From Chiloscyllium plagiosum (Eukaryota): a DNA stretch of 64,000 bases. The stretch lies in assembly GCF_004010195.1 (NCBI RefSeq), contig NC_057753.1, positions 14,111,937-14,175,936 on the forward strand, read 5' to 3'. Under the pieces are notes generated by a model, which did not search any database, was not told the origin of the DNA, and saw nothing but the letters and a program-made list of their open reading frames with translations. Each line of letters opens with the position of its first letter. The stretch's first letter is position 1. The position numbers and the translations under genes are program-made. Below, piece after piece: positions 62,656 to 64,000 of the stretch.

Positions 62656-63476
62656 CCACCTTCCACCCCATGAATGTCCCAATATATGTGAAATCCTTCG
62701 CTGTTTCCGCCATCTTCAGTCAGACCACACCACCTAAGATATAATTTCTTCCAACCACTACCTGCGTTCTGCAGAGACCATTCTCTCCACGAATCCCTTG
62801 TTATGGTTACACCTCCCCACCACCATCAGTCCACCCTACACATACTCAGTACATTACCTTGCCGCCACACGAGATATAAAACCTGCGCCTATACCTACCC
62901 CATCACCTTCAGCAAAAGCCCTAAAGGATAATTCCAAGTCTGCTGCAGACAGGAAGGCAATTTACAGAGCAGTACATGGAACATCTCTGGGATTACCGCA
63001 CCAAACAACCTCACCACCCTGTGGCCAATGACTTCAACTCCTACATCCCACTCACCCCAACGACATGCAAGTCCAAACCCACCCAATAACTGAAGGAAGA
63101 GCACCTCATCGTTCTACCTTGGCACCTTCCAACCACGTGGCATCAACATTGACTTCACCAGTTTTGAAATCTCCACTTCCCCACGTTCTCTTACATGCAA
63201 AATTTCAACTCAGCAGCATCCTCTTGACCTGTTTTACCTGTCCATCTTCCTTCCCACCTATCCACTCTACCCTCCCCACCGAACATCAAAATTAAATCAC
63301 ACCTGCATCGACCTATCGCCTTCCTACATATCATCCCCCAGTCCTAACCCAATTTATCTGGCATCAAACCTCCCGCTCCATATTCCTGATGAAGGGATTA
63401 TGTCTGTAACGTTGAATCTCCTGCTTCTTGAATGCTATCTGACCTACTGTGCTTTTCCAGTGACACACGTTTTGAC
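62655..63476 (+). mobile_element. Penelope-like element 3' portion (linker, GIY-YIG relic, terminal repeat), decayed
   Basis: Degenerate FRHLQSD.TT.DI...AF.RDHSLHESL, then PVANDFNS.SHS...MQVQ. Ends with CCTGATGAAGGGATTATGTCTGTAACGTTG...GACCTACTGTGCTTTTCCAG. Confidence 0.8.
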
Positions 63477-64000
63477 AGGAAATGCTGCAGATTCTGAGAA
63501 GGTGAAAGTCGGTTGGCTGCACTGAAAGCAATTGTTTTAATGACTGGTCCAGAGATGTGAAAGTAGGTAAATGCTTGGGTAGAACTGGTCAGGCACAGCA
63601 TTTTACCTAATGTTGAGTCCTGCAAGCTGTTATGCCTCCAAGTGGAAGATGAGACGTTGTTCCAATTTGTGTTAGCCTCTCTGAACTACTGTAAAGGCGT
63701 GGCAAAATTATGGTAATTTGCTAAATCTGACATCTACTCCATTACAATGCAGGAATGTGTCAGCTACACGCGCAAGGCTTTCCATAAATTTCTTCTGCTC
63801 TTGATTTTGTTTGAGAAATAAGGACATACACGTTGTAACTGCGAGAATTTTGCTCTTAATTTCAAAAATTGTGGTTGTGGGTATTCCATATAAAAGGTCA
63901 GTTGGGACTTGAGTGTTGCAATTTAGTCGAATGGTGCCAACCACACAAACTTCATATTCCCTCTCTTCTGACACTCGAGCATCAGCTTTAACTTATAGAT

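Noticed and set aside
61588-62673. Host protein-coding gene (361 aa)
   Set aside because: Entirely CR1 ORF2 sequence with a TTG start, truncated at both ends.
1-64000. NAR-TCR cassette, IgH-like V/TAILV, D, J or C segments, or germline-joined genes
   Set aside because: No 12-RSS-flanked D or J, no leaderless V, no IgHV or VNAR motifs and no C1 exon were found by eye. Highly decayed copies could have been missed.

Overview
Vertebrate genomic DNA, almost certainly from a shark (elasmobranch-type HE1 V-SINEs, CR1/HER1-type LINEs, Penelope-like elements). The window is part of the V-segment array of a T-cell receptor locus, most likely TCR alpha/delta. I can read five germline V segments, each with a leader exon, an intron, a V exon and a 3' 23-bp-spacer RSS. 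Three are open on the minus strand (3298-3804, 35207-35640, 55007-55447) and two are pseudogenes on the plus strand (48238-48679, 51638-52703). No convincing D, J or C segment is present. Much of the remaining sequence is decayed CR1 LINE fragments, SINEs and Penelope-like pieces. Highlights: (i) a TCR-type V with a perfect RSS and only 60 residues between the canonical cysteines, so CDR2/C'' is almost absent and the domain is VNAR-sized; (ii) both inverted V segments are the dead ones; (iii) several minimal hammerhead-ribozyme motifs in tiny Penelope-derived insertions with target-site duplications, two of them 81-95 bp near-perfect palindromes; (iv) a cryptic, ancient ~52-bp minisatellite at about 19.4-22.5 kb; (v) possible TRIM-gene relics. 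Repeat boundaries were estimated by eye. V, RSS and TSD coordinates were counted base by base.
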